Source: Owenia fusiformis (taxonomy: Eukaryota). Taken from it: a stretch of 64,000 nt of DNA. The stretch's first letter is position 1. Each line of letters opens with the position of its first letter. Both the position numbers and the translations under genes were made by a program. Shown here piece by piece: positions 26,243-40,800 of the stretch. The notes below the pieces were generated by a model. It ran no database searches. It worked only from the letters and a program-made list of their open reading frames with translations, and was not told the DNA's origin. The stretch spans positions 1,116,001 to 1,180,000 of the forward strand of contig CAIIXF020000001.1 of the NCBI GenBank assembly GCA_903813345.2. The letters run 5' to 3'.

Positions 26243-27131
26243 AGTGACTCCCTGCGATTGTTGACTTGAACGGAAAAATTACGAAATAATTGCACTTTGC
26301 AAATTGGCTAATTATTTGAATGAAACGTATGGCGTTACTCTGCGCTCTTATCAAACGATAGCATACATCAAGTGTGTATTACCCGTGAAGATTCGGCTAT
26401 TAATACTCTGTCCTGTTACCTTGGCAACATCCTCGTTTGGATCAATTATAATTAGACTTGTGCCTGGTAGTATCAAGATTGCAACGGGGTTTAAGTCCAT
26501 CAAATATTTCGGACTTCGGTACTGTAAATTATGTAATTTAAACGCAATGAGGGCAATAGAGGAGTTTCTGAGTAGCTTTGAAATCTCGCTAATTCTCGTT
26601 TTTTATGTGATTTTAAGAGATTTGCACTTTTTACCTCTACTTTTTTATTTTTTCTCCAACAATAGCTTTGATTAACACAGTTATGTCATTTAAATCATTT
26701 CCATGACATTGTATTCAAAATCTCCATTGGTGCAATGCTAAATCATTGATTAAAACCTTGGCTTGTATGACAACCAACATTTCCGAATGTTTAATCACAA
26801 TATGTACATTGACAGGGTCATCCAGTAGTATGTCATTCAAGTTTCAGACAGGTTCAACAAACACTCTTTGATAAATCATGAAATTAAGTGATTATTGCAA
26901 GTTTCTAGCATTGAAGTGAATGGAGGTCTGGCCCAAGAAAATCAAAGACAAACAAGGATGACATCGTATGTCAGCGATATTCAACTATTTAGAAACTATA
27001 CAATTGATAATTTAGTATTTAAATGTCCACGACAGATTATTTTAATATATCATGGATGATGTTGTTGTTTTTATCAACCCAGAGAGATCTATTCTCAAAA
27101 CCTTTTCTAAAAGATTGCATAAGAATAAAAC

Positions 27132-27563
27132 ATACCCTTTGCATTCGTTTGACTTCACTTCTTAAAAGAGTTTAACTAGACTCTGCACGCAGGGTAAATA
27201 AAACATGATGATCAAATGAAAATCTCACTGAAAAAATACAAATAATATCGATGTATTACCCTGCGTGCAGAGTCTAGTTAAACTACAGACTTAGACGAAG
27301 CTCTCTTTTAAGAAGTGAAGTCAAACGAATGCAAAGGGTATCGATGTATGAGCATTATAGAGATAATAGTTTACTTAGAAACGTTTTAATTTGATTTAAA
27401 AGGATGCAAATATATAATCCAGCCAAGAAAGTAATTCCAAGAAACTTTGATTGGTTTCAGGCCAAAACGCTCTTTTACAAGAATATTCCACAAAGTTTCA
27501 GTACCCTGCGCGCAGAGTCTGCATGTAGTTTTAGACCAAGACGAAGCTCGCTCGTAAAGGGTA
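27132..27563. repeat. Cluster of ~65-85-bp TACCCT...AGGGTA mini-elements; first two form an inverted pair
   Basis: 27132-27197 is the reverse complement of 27257-27340; third diverged copy 27502-27563; tail CGAATGCAAAGGGTAT also at ~59043-59059. Confidence 0.65.
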
Positions 27564-29114
27564 ACGTGTCGGTGGATTCTGACGGATGTTTTAGAAATGA
27601 CAAGTTCACAAAAGCGTTTGGCTCATTTTTCCAAACCAGATTGTGAACGAAATATTGAAAAATCTCCATTCATTAATTCTAAGGGCAAATTGAAATCGAG
27701 GGAAACCAATGGTAAATTCAAAAATATTCAATAATAAAACAGCCAATCGCTGATATCGGCTGTACCGGGAATCTTTACCATTTTTTTTTTATATGATAAA
27801 CTATTTATTTCATGATATTCAAATTTACATCGAATTGCTTGCCAATCGCCTAGTGGCATTATAGGCCATCATGTTTTTACCATTTGTAATGCATATTTTC
27901 GAGGGAAAGACCGAGTGATTTTATTTCCACACTTGGTTTGATATTAGATATATTTCATCTGTGTTGTAACGATAGCATCTCCCAATGGTACTTTATTTAC
28001 CTGATTTGGTACTTAAGTTTTATTTAAATCAGAGTAATGAGCCCGACGCTGTGACCGATATATCCCCTGGTAACTGAAATGGAGTATATTTATTCAGAAA
28101 AGAGAACAGAAAAAAGAAGAGAAACTTTGGTTCTTCGTACTGTTTTCACGTTTTATGGTAATTAGACTGGGATTTGGAAATCTTTAGAGCCATTTCATTT
28201 GTTTTTAACCATTTACCAATTACTGGTGATGGCATGTATAATTTCCAATCACGTCACTTCCCAGTTCCAATAAATCAGGATCGCTTTAAGAGTTTTCTTG
28301 ATTAACTCATATATTTGCTTTTGGACATACTGTTAACGCACGCTTTACTGCAGTTGGCAGATTGATTTCAACTTTTGAAACGAGGCCATGTGATTAAGCT
28401 GATATATAGCTTGCATACAAAGTTGGTAAAACCATTGAATCCATATACAGCTGTCCGCACAAATCGCGTGAGGCAACTATTATCAACTCCCAGTTTCCAA
28501 TTATCTGTACCTTGTTCAATGGTGTTATGCCCATTTACCAAATCCCCGAACAGTCATAAAACATTTAAAATATGAGCATTGTCACGTTCTCATCAGCATG
28601 CAAAGTGTGTCAAAAGACTTGTTTTGGAAGTTGTATTGGGATGTCTATGAGTTCCTTCCCCATACATACTAATTATCACACTAGCGATAGGATGATAGAC
28701 ACGAGTAAATTAGATACCAGCTCTCTTAGTCATCTGGTCCATTGATTTTGATGCATGCCATTTTCGAAATTAGCTGAATGATTTTATTTTTATCTGAAGG
28801 CTTATTTAAAGTGTGAGTATATGCCAAATTAGAGCACCTTTACTATATCATAAATAAAAAAGGTTCGATAACATCCGTTCTGTTGAAATGACATCAAAAA
28901 CAGAACATAATGTCAATTCCCCAAAAAGTAGCAATTCTACTTTGCGTTTTCCCACTCTGACTAGAGCAGTTACTCGTGATTCTGGTTGGTTATTTTATAA
29001 GACACGTCATTTAAAACGCCACGTAGACACTTTTTAGTGCGATTTGATTGAACATGGTCCATGGGTTGAACTAGTTAGGCAGTTGGAAAAGTCATTGTTT
29101 CGCCCGTGAGTTAA

Positions 29115-29436
29115 AGGTGCAACAATTAGTGCAGTGGGACCATTCAATGATCATCATCCAGAGTCAAAATATATTTAAGTTTGGATATTTCATCAAGACT
29201 AACATATATTTTCATTATCTTCAAAGAAACCCCCTTGATGAACATTATTTCAGCTGATATTCCTCTTGAAACGTGATGGATCTTAAAACTCACACTTCTC
29301 AATGCTGAAACTGATAGTTCATCCATATATTTTAAGAAAATAGGTAAGTCAAAGAAGGTGTTAGCCAAATACAGACCTGATAGCTCAGAAAAAATAAATA
29401 TTTTCGAATTTTCTCTCTACAGTCCTTGTTGCCCCT
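29115..29436. mobile_element. Kolobok-like MITE, copy 2
   Basis: TTAA TSD; same TIRs and interior as 23948-24306. Confidence 0.75.
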
Positions 29437-30851
29437 TTAAAATATAAATAATGTAGCTGATTTAATGATAGCAATATTCAGAGAAGATCTTAAGAACACT
29501 TTGCCGCGATGTTCTGTAATCATACATCGGTCCCCTAGACAATCGACGTGTTAAATAATCACAACGGGGATCTTCAAAGCAAGCCTCTAATTGATTTCAA
29601 TTGTAATTGCTACGACTTGATCGTGCTTATAGATGGTATTACTCGATCACTTTGCTAAAGTGGTTAAAGACGCAATCCAATTGTTGGGAGTATTCGACGC
29701 TGGCACGACCCACTAAACAAATTAACGTCGTCTTAGTGATTTCACGTTTATTTTCTCATTGAACGATGTGTCGGTTTTATCGATAATGGTTTGAACTGTC
29801 AATCCGTCCGTCGTTGCGCACTTTAATTTAGGACCAAACCTTTCCAGCAAAAGTTCTGGCCTTGAATTGTATGGAAGCGCCCCACAAGTCCCGTTCAATT
29901 GACAGCTTTGTGAATACTGTAGATCACTGAAGGGAGACATAATCTCAAATAGAGCATGGATTCGAAAGTGTACCGACACCGCTGCAGAATGAACAATATG
30001 AAACAGGATCAAGATTTGAAAGCTATGCAGGGACCATTAAAATCCATCGAGATATTTTCTATCAATTCGATTATTTATTGAATTCAAACACAAATGTGGC
30101 TTTAGATAAGCGAACCTCCGATGGATTTTCTTTTGCATGTTCCTTATCGGCAGATACAGAACATGTTCACGTCTAAAACCAATCAAAGTCAATTAGATCG
30201 CTAAAATTATCTCAAAATAAATTCAGGCTATTTGGATAAATGTATTGACAAAATGTTGGCATTACACTGTGTACCCTCAACCCACCACTTTGAAAATCGT
30301 TTGGTTTTTCAGCGCTTAATTTTCTACTGCATTCATCATAACGGAATAGTCAAATTGTCTCAAATGACACCATAGTTCCACAAAATAATATCAACAAGCA
30401 AAATCCCATTCAGGCTTGTTCTCATTTCTCCGTTGAGGTCCTACGCAATGTTTGCCTCTACTCGTAGAGCTCTAAAGGAGGAGGGAAAGTATCACAACAG
30501 ATTTCCGACAGTCATGGATTTGGGTTATTTTCTGAGGATTTAAACAGGCGCATATGTTAGGCCAATGCATTACCTCCAAAAGCACTCACAGAGACGATAA
30601 AATAATTTTGACTTTGAGACAGGGAAGATGCAAACAGCCCACCCACATGTTTTCTCTGAAATGTTTTCCTGATTTTCAACCCCTTCCACCCCTGCTTTTT
30701 TAATTTTTGTTGCATCAATAGGTTGTGTTTTGACATGCAGCTAACCCCTCTAAAGGAATAAGTGATTCCGTCAGGGGTTTTAAAGATATCCATTATGGGT
30801 GACCAAAATTAAGCTGAAAGCAATGGATCACATGGGAAAATAACATGGGAA

Positions 30852-31085
30852 ATCAACCACACCCGGACAGCTTTAATGAAAAGGGTGTATTTGACTACTA
30901 ACACACTAAGGGTATGCACACCAGACATCAATCACACCCCGACAGCTTAAATGAAAAGGGTGTATTTGACTACTAACACACTAAGGGTATTCACACCAGA
31001 CATCAATCACACCCGGACGGCTTTAATGAATAAGGTGTAGGATGTATTCACACCATACATCAATCACACCCGGGCGGCTTTAATC
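30852..31085. repeat. Tandem repeat, ~75-bp unit, two full and two partial copies
   Basis: atcaatcacacccggacagctttaatgaaaagggtgtatttgactactaacacactaagggtat.cacaccagac. Confidence 0.8.
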
Positions 31086-31882
31086 TGTAAAAGAGCATAC
31101 AACATGATCCATAAATTTCCTGTTAATAATGTAGGATAATAGGATGTCAAGTAAAAAATACGAGACGTGTCACTTACTAATCCATTCTTCTCTTCCAAGT
31201 TAAGGCAGTCGTGTTAAATCACTGACAAGCTTATTAATCAGAGCAATTGGAATTGCTTTAGGCTCATAATGTCCCTGGATGCTGGTGTGCCCAGTTTCAA
31301 TTAGAGTGTCCAGAATAAGATTTTCTTTAATTGAAAAGAGCCGACGGTGGCACCTAGATTTGTTATTGGGATTACATTGAACTAATTGGTCAGTCAAATT
31401 AAATGTTAAGGCATTTTAAATTACTTTAAGTGTTCTTGTGATGCCCAACGGGAATACATTCTCGGATTGACCGATGCAGAGGACGTACTAATGGTTCACT
31501 TTGGGGGATTTGCCCGCTATGGGATGATCAGTTTCAAACGAAATACATTTAGTTTCCCGATACATATCTTTTAGAACTTCTTTTTGGATTCGGATTTTGT
31601 GATCTGAACGTTTTGAGAGGCTATGTTTCTTTTCTCATATGGTCATTGTGATTATTTCCAAGCAGTATTTGGGATATTCTGGGATGTTGCAATCTACTTA
31701 GGCAAAACATGCAGAATGTCACCACTTCCAATTTGTTACACAAAAACGTCGGAGAATCAGACTGTAACAATATGTCAGCACTTGTGGTGGTGACATAAAA
31801 ATCGATATCTTTGGGGCAATATTTTAGAAGTCTAAATACCGATTGAACAATTAGATGCTTTTTAATTCATAATATGCACATA

Positions 31883-32812
31883 CACACCCGGTGATCGGAA
31901 GAAATGAACGGAGGAGGAGTACCTGATTTTCACAAGAAAATTAAACAAATCTGGAACATTTATTTTTTCAAGAGAAAGTTTGCAATTGAATTGCTAAATG
32001 AATCGGCGCACGACACGGGGAAATTTGTTAGGTCTTCTAAGATTTCTTTTGGACTGGAAGATTCTAAGATATGAGACTTATTAAAAACGTGCAAACACCA
32101 ATGTTTCTGCTATAAATCAAGCAACAATAGTCTAAACTATCTCAGTAATAAATACTTACAAGTGACGTTTTTATCACAAAACTATTGGGATCGTTAGTTT
32201 TGTAAAATACGTTACCATACGTTGTATAAAAGATAATCGAACATAATTAAAATTGAACGGAGGGGTGGGGGAGTGAACTGAGGGGGAGTGATGTATCAGT
32301 ATAAGACATATGATAAGAGTTGTAACTTGACTTATTTCGAATAACATCCAGTTGTTACTGAGTTCATTTTTTTTCAAATACACGAATTCGCGGAAAATTC
32401 GTCAACTTTAAAGACATATTACCCCCCCCCCCTTCGTTCACCAACCCCCTCCGTTCAATTTCAAATTATTTCTATCTAACGCATTGAAACTTATTTTTAA
32501 AAACCAGCAATGATTTAGTGATAAAAATGTCACTTGTAAGTATTTAATACAGGTATATTACATTATTGCTTGATTTATAGCAAAATACATTGGCATTTGC
32601 ACGTTGGTGACGTTGCGCCTTATAGATCGTATATCTTAGAAGCCTATCAGTTCTAAAAATCATAGTAGACCTAACATAGTCCCCCGTGTCGTGTGCCTAT
32701 TCATTTAGCAATTTAATCGTAAACTTTCTCTTGAAAAAATAAATTTTCTAGATTTGTTAAATTTTCTAGCTAAAATCAGCTTCCCCCTCCGTTCATTTCT
32801 TCACCGGACGTG
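31883..32812. mobile_element. Foldback-type element; diverged inverted arms cover most of its length, CAC..GTG termini
   Basis: gaagaaatgaacggag..aagagaaagtttgcaattgaattgctaaatgaat..cacgacacgggg..aaatcaagcaa..aatacttacaagtgac mirrored at 32440-32812; no clean TSD. Confidence 0.7.
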
Positions 32813-34896
32813 ATCTAAAAATACCTAATAAAGTGCTGGGAAACCAATCAACTCCAGATGCTCATTCTTAAAACGTCTCTGAACATTTGAAATCAATTTC
32901 TCAGAAATGAATCAGCTCCACATTTCTACATATTGATAACAAGATACAACCTAGCAAAACAATTCCTAAATTGGTTTGACTGGAAACTCTTAGACGAGTT
33001 GACTTCAGATTGTGCTTTTATTTGTTATAATATTGAAATGTAATAATATTCAAAATACACAACATGGTATCGTTGTTGTATGATCACTATATCGCTACAG
33101 GAGTTCCTTGGACAACATTGTGATTTGAAACTCAGACTAAGATACTGATGTATAAAAGCATTTATTTATTATTCATTATTATTTTAAGCATTTTAAAGTT
33201 CTGATATAAAGTAACTTCTTGTAGAGGGTGACCCCAAAAACTGCAACCTCTATTTCCTAGGTAACCCTGTATTTCAAAGAAAAATAATGTTTAGTTTATT
33301 TTATTTGGAACAAATAAAAGGCATGAGGCCCATACTTTTACAAAAATAATACAATACATTTTTACATCAATTAGGTCGCTCCTGTCTTAGAAAATTATCA
33401 AGTTACATAAAAAAGTCATTAATATTTGTTGTAGGCTTTTGTTGTTGTTAAGGCTGTACTTTTTAATTATAAACCTTGTTCTGTTTTAACTAGTAATGAT
33501 TAATACACAACATTATATGCACTGCAACATGTTCAAGCTGACTGACTTTAGCATTATTTTACAATTATTTGTATTATTACCAATTATTAATTACAATTCT
33601 GTTCAATATTCTACAATGACAATGGCACATAAGTCTTTAAAATCATGAAAACGGACAATGATTAAATGTAAAAAATAAAACACTTCAAATTGTTAAAAAC
33701 ATGTTCAAAGTTTTGAAACACAAACCAAGATAATGATGAAAAAACTACACTAAAATAGCTAACCAACTCGTTTTTGCATCATCTTCATGAGAATTGTTCA
33801 GTTTGCTGATTTTTCTCTCGTCAGCTAACCTGCCTACCCCCCTGTACCCCCCCCCCACTCACCACCTGTCCAGTGGCAGAGGAATGCAAATAACTCACTA
33901 CAATAAAACCAGCATATCCAAACACCTTGTATATCCAAACACCACATTTATCTGAACACCTCTATACATGTATATGTTTTGGTCCCATTTTTTAATATGG
34001 CAAGATTAGCATTAATAGAAAAATGTGTGAACACCTGCCAATGCACACATTTTGGTCAGTCTTGAGGGCACCTAGATAAGACAGGTTTTACTGTACTTTT
34101 TAATTATAAACCCTGGTCTAATGTTACTTTAATAAAATTACACAAGCAAATCATCACTTACACAAGGAAAATTGTAAGTCATTAACATGGCAAAACATCA
34201 CATCATTTTTGCAGTTACTAAAATGAAACCATTCGTTACAATAAAATAAAAAATTTGTGACGTGGATCACTTTCTGGACACCCTGTAATTCAATTTAAAG
34301 TCACTAAAATCATAGCACATATACAATTAGAAATAATAATAAAAGTATGTCACTGCTTTTAATTCATTACTTAATAATTTCCCTATGGAAACAAAATAGT
34401 GTTTTTTCTTACTTCTGGTAATGGCAAACAACTCCATCTCATCTAAAATAGCAAAATATTCATTTTAACATACACCTAAAAGCATTGGAGAAAAGAGACA
34501 CTAAAAGTTTGTCACTTGAGGAGATACTTCTTACTTCACCGACTTATGGATTCAACCATTTTGTTTCAAGAATATCACAAAGGAAATATATTTGACAGCT
34601 TCACTTCAGGATTTGAATGTTGAATTTTCTGTTAATAAACTGTTAATATAAGTAACATTCACCATATTTGATGAACAATTATTTCTATTGTTGGAATGCA
34701 CCAACTGATATGCATATGATATTGATCCATTCGTTTACTCCATGTAAGCCATTTGGTCCATTCACTTTGAAAATACCAATGAATGTCTCATTGGTTGAGT
34801 CACTAGTTTGAATATCTTCTCTTGAAGCATGACGATGTATTATATATCCATCCACTGTATTATATTTGGTTTCCTTTAAAAACTGGTCTCTCCAGA

Positions 34897-37800
34897 CTAT
34901 AGGGTGGTTGATGTTACTGGATGTATACCATGTACCAAAACTGTTGGAGGGAGGTCTACAGTAAGCATGTCTAGGCACTCGTGGTATCTCTTATATCCTC
35001 CTATAGACTGAGGTGGAAGAGGTAAGTACATAAAGGTCACTGCTGTGTTATCAGTTTGCATTTTAATCATATCATTAACATTACGTAAATACTCATCAGG
35101 AGTATGCTCAAATACACTAAGCTGGTTATCATTGGAGCCTGCAGCAAGCCTTATTTGGTCATCTTGTATTTGATCAGCCTCAGCCTCTGATTGGTCAGAT
35201 AAACACGCTACATGCTCCCAGGATATGCACTTTATCTGAGCTTTAATCCTCAGTTTCACTAACAAGTCCTGTAAAACTTTGGTTTTCTCGATGCTATCGC
35301 CATTTTGTGAGTTGATGCACAGGAAGATGCGCAAAATTGTGTGACTTTTCCATCCAGACACCATATTGAGAATACACGCAAGCTGAAGGACGAACAGACT
35401 GGTGTTATCATATTCTCCCACTCTCTTGGGCCAGAAGAAGTTCACTGGCCAGACATCAATAAACATAGGATTTTTGGATTTCATAATCGTGTCTTTGTCC
35501 ATACGATGGAAATGTCTACAAAGGCAGACATTTTTCTTAAATTTCACTGCATCTGCTACAATATGGATATACTCCTCAATGGAAAGATCTTTAGACTCAC
35601 CATACTTTCGTAAATCAGGAAAATTATCTTCAAATGTCCAATCTCCACTTTCATCAAACAATGGGAATTTGATCCTCCTTCTTTGACCTCTTCCTTTGTG
35701 CTTAACTATTGAGTCTTCTGGGATGGAGTTGTCATAGAAACCAAGGCAGATTGTGTTAGGTTTCATACCACCCAGCCCTGATAAATGAACTAAATGGTGC
35801 ACCCCCTCGCGTACAGTTTTGGCTATTGTCAGCTCTACAAATGCTTTAATCTTCAGCTTATCAACTAGACTCAACCAGACAGAAAGTTCCCCTTGCACAG
35901 GGTCAGCCTCTAGTTCATCAAAGTCCCCCAGTTGTACATGTCCAAGTAAGTAAAGTCCTCCTTTCTTCATATTGTTCACAAAGTCAATCAACTCACAGCA
36001 AGTCCTGGGATTGGACACTAAAAGCAGAATTTGAGGTCGCCAGAATTTGACGTGGTCCTTTCTCATGTCCAGCATAAGTAGGTATTTCCTGACCTGATGG
36101 AAGATGAGCGCCTGAGAGATGTGGCCCCAACTGGTGGGCATGGAGCGGAGGTGAAGGACGACACACAGCACCGTCAGCAACATGATCGCAATAGAGGCGT
36201 ATATGGGGTTGACGAGGAAGCACATGACTAATGACCCAATTATTCCAAGGACGCAACTGTGCCAGCTGAAGAAGTTGAAAGTAGGTCTGGAAGAAGATAA
36301 ACATAAACTGATTAATGTTAAATGTTTTGAAAAATGCATGTACATGTAAAGCAGTATCAGCAATGAGCAAGTGGGAGCTGACTCATTTGAGATTTTAAAA
36401 ATATGCTTGCAACATTGTGAAATCTTATTTCCACCCACTTAAAATGAGATAAATTGAGAATGATTCATGGCATAGTTTGTCCAACTTTGGTTAGAATTGT
36501 GAAAAGAGAAGTTTGCATATCTTGAACAAAACATTCTGGGAAGAACTCGATAACAATTTAGCATTTTCCAAAATGAGTAGATTCATTAATTCTTATGGAG
36601 ACCTGACGTACGACTTAAATCAAACCACAAACTTTCAGAAATCATTGCCTTGCGATACTATAAATTGCAAATACTAATGATTACATAAGCATCAAAAAGA
36701 TATTTTAAACTGCAAAGAATAGCATACACTGAAGTCCACAAATAGAGATTCCATGTATAAAACATGAATGAAAAAATGTAACTACTAAATAATTTTGCTA
36801 TTATAAAACTAAATCTTAAATCAATATAATTTAATAATCAGTTACCTGAAGTTGGGAGCAGAGGCAAGTTCCAGAGCAAGACATGCTACATTGGTGGCAG
36901 CGTAGGCAAGTAGGAAGAACACGGATGTGATTGGAGCAATAGCATTGAGCGAGCCAATCAGAAGGACAACTTGGACAAGGAACCAAGAGATGATGACTGC
37001 GACGTAAGGATTGCCTCCCTTGGTTGCTATGGTAGCAGGCCTCAATAGCATCCCTGCATCAATAACATGAATGTCTTCAATTTTGCTGCATGTTATATTA
37101 TATGAAAGACTTCCAGAGTGTCTGTATATGCCATCTATTCTCAATTCTTTGAATCTTTAATAGGCTATAGAACTACATTTATATTTTAGGAGCAGGTTCT
37201 TTGGGCACTGTTCTTTATCATTGACAAGTCCATATACATGTAGTATGTTCTAATGTTACACAAGAATAAATTGAGAAAAATCATAATTTAAATTGAAAGA
37301 ATGATACTAGTATTCAAAAAATTATGGCAGTGAGTATACATAGGCTTTACGAGGTATCAGAATGGAACAGAGAACAGAACATATTACTTACAAAAGACAT
37401 CATCTTTAGCCAGAGCCTCCAATATTCTAGAAGCTCCTATCAAGTTACCAAGTGCTGCTGAGAGAGTTGTTGCAAACACACCAATCACAACAAATGGTGG
37501 CCAAAAGTTGATCTGCTGAAGAAAGTTGTAGTCATTCTGCAGCAGATACCTGTCAATTGGGAGATTTTAGAAATTATATTTTGCACACTTAATGTGCAAA
37601 GTGAACATGTTGGCCGAAATTATTTTCCTTAACAATACACTGTTCAAGTGGAAAACCTCTTCGTTGCTACTCTTTCTGTTAATGTCTAAGAAGTTCATGT
37701 AAACTTCAGTGTATATATATATATATAATATGTATTGTCTATGTATTATAACATGCTGTAGTCACCAAAGGTACTTGGCTAAACAATGAATATAGCATTC

Positions 37801-40800
37801 AATAAAGGGAATATATTAGATATTTGAATATTAAATACCTGTCTCCCATTCCCAAAAGTCCAATTGCCCAGCTGAATCTAGATTCCTTTTAGGACTAACT
37901 TTGAGGCAAATATCACTCAGTGTGTAAGAGAAAATGGGAGGGGTTAAAGCAAGATGTTAGTTGTACCTGTCACATGTGAGAGCCACAAATATTGCCATGA
38001 CAATGTAGGCACAGAATGTGAAGAAGGTTGCCAGCAGAGTCCCCTTGGGTATTGAAGCACTGGGATCCTTAAGTTCTCCTAAAACAGACCATACTCTATA
38101 TTATGACATGTCTATTAATACCTTATAACATACAATGTAGACACAGAATGTGAAGAAGGTTGCCAGCAGGGTCCCCTTGGGTATTGAAGCACTGGGATCC
38201 TTAAGTTCTCCTAAAACAGACCATACTCTATATTATGACATGTCTATTAATACCTCATAACATACAATGTAGACGCAGAATGTGAAGAAGGTTGCCAGCA
38301 GGGTCCCCTTGGGTATTGAAGCACTGGGATCCTTAAGTTCTCCTAAACAGACCATACTCTATATTATGACATGTCTATTAATACCTCATAACATACAATG
38401 TAGACGCAGAATGTGAAGAAGGTTGCCAGCAGGGTCCCCTTGGGTATTGAAGCACTGGGATCCTTAAGTTCTCCTAAAACAGACCATACTCTATATTATG
38501 ACATGTCTATTAATACCTCATAACATACAATGTAGACGCAGAATGTGAAGAAGGTTGCCAGCAGGGTCCCCTTGGGTATTGAAGCACTGGGATCCTTAAG
38601 TTCTCCTAAAACAGACCATACTCTATATTATGACATGTCTATTAATACCTCATAACATACAATGTAGACGCAGAATGTGAAGAAGGTTGCCAGCATGGTC
38701 CCCTTGGGTATTGAAGCACTGGGATCCTTAAGTTCTCCTAAAACAGACCATACTCTATATTATGACATGTCTATTAATACCTCATAACATACATTTTTGA
38801 AAGTGAGACAAAGATTAGTGAATATTCATTCCCTATTGTCCACTTATTAATTTATTGATGAAAATGTAAATACCAATTTCAAAATTCAATTTCTTAGAAT
38901 AAAGTAAGCTCCAAACTAGATCCTGCCAACTCTACTTCTAAATAAGACCAAAGAAGCTGAATTCTTATCACTGCATTTTATCTGTACTTTGATCTATTTG
39001 TTTGACTAACCAAAAATTATATTCCAATCTTTGACAGCATTACAAATATTGCATAGTGACGTACCAAATGAAAATTCACTATAAACAAGTCAATAACATA
39101 CAAAATGTCACCACCTGCCATTTATTACAGATGCCATGTTACAAACGTTAAATGCCATCCACAAAAAATGGAGACTATAACAATATGTCAACACTTGGGG
39201 TGGTGACATAAAAAGGCCATCCTGTGTGTTCTTACCTGACATATTTGCCCCATTCATGATGCCAGTTACACTGCTGAAGAGAATGGCAAAGACTGTTGTA
39301 AATGACATCATCTTTAAGGTATCATAGTCCTCGGAGTAACCCGCTGAAAAATGAAAAAAAACAGATATCATATCATACAGTGATTTATAATCTCGAGTTT
39401 ATATAGAGGTAACAAATATCTGCTTCTTGGGATAAAATGAAGTTCTTTATACTTTCAAACTTTAAAAGACTATTTGGGACTTGGTTGCCTTTGAATAAAA
39501 TCTGCAAAATGGCCAGATGAAGTAAATATATTGTGCAGATTTTTCAACTTGGCAGTCAATTGCCGATTTATGATAGGCCTAATACTAGAGTGGTCCCTAA
39601 TTTGTCTACTCAGACATATAGATTTTTCTTACTATTAAAGCTGGAAAGATAAGTATAACAGTTCTAACCTCCAAGGTTGTTGATGAACGTGTCACCATTG
39701 ATGCCTGTGTAATTTCCGCAATGTGTCTCATTCGGGTTTGTCCCATTGGGTCTGGGGACGGGGTAAACGAGGACATTTCCTGCAGGTATGCTGACACACT
39801 GAGGGTCAACGATGAATGTACTTAGGATCACAGACAACATGCAGACAACACAGATCTGAAATGGACATACAAACTACATAAACAATTAGTTTTGATATGT
39901 ACATGCAGCCATGTGCAGTTTTCTATTTCTGTAAGAAAGAGCTATTTTACTTCTAGTGAATGGTTATTGGCCATTGTGTAGTAGTGTACCAAATGAAAAT
40001 GGAGAATCATTTAATATTCATAAAGCATAACAAAAGGGATTTCCAGAGAAAAATCCAGAAGACAAAATACTGAAGGGCGTTAAAGATTTCTGACCACAAA
40101 TTCCTAATTATAAGAGAACTTGGATATTGAGTGAATGTTTCAAAGTTTCTTGCATTGGTGTTTCATTGTTTTCTTATTTCAACATTTTTACAAAACATTT
40201 TTAAGAAAATGTAACTCACAAACAAGATGAAGACGCAGGTCCTGGCAAACATGGATCCGCCAACAATACAGACGAGAAGGCAGAATAAGAGGACAATCGA
40301 TTCATAGAGGTATGGGTACCAGTAAGCGTTGCTAGGTAGGGCACCTTCCACTGTACGACCTAAAGCACAAGAAAACATGATTGATTATATACAGTACATG
40401 AACTTTCTACCTCTTTATCACCTCCACTTCCAAGTTGTCCCATCACTCTCATGTAAACACCACTTAATTCTCTGTTTTAGTGTGTGTATAATTTTCTAAT
40501 GTCATTTTCTTTTCCATGCATTCATTCTTATGCCACCCAATATGAAGTTTCACCAAAATTATGTCTGATTGGGATTAACTTTCAATTAGCCAGGGACTTA
40601 CCTATGATCTTGCTAAATCAAAACATTTCAATCTTACAAAACATTGTTTCCCCTTGTTCAACAAAACTAATATTATAGCACTATATAAAGTCTACATATC
40701 TCAAACCTACAAATTGAGGCAGAGACACATTTAACCAGAAAATGGCAACTCCACGGAGTAGCAAAACCCAACGAACACTATATAAATCATGAATGTGTAC

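Noticed and set aside
29722-30012. 96-aa minus-strand ORF with a possible acceptor
   Set aside because: No recognisable domain and no partner exons found; cannot be excluded as an exon of an unknown gene
36287-36438. N-terminal part of the 513-aa ORF
   Set aside because: Intronic read-through; the real exon starts at the acceptor before 36286
38001-38792. CRISPR-like regular array
   Set aside because: Units are near-identical end to end with no unique spacers, there are no cas genes, and the context is eukaryotic; the same applies to the other minisatellites
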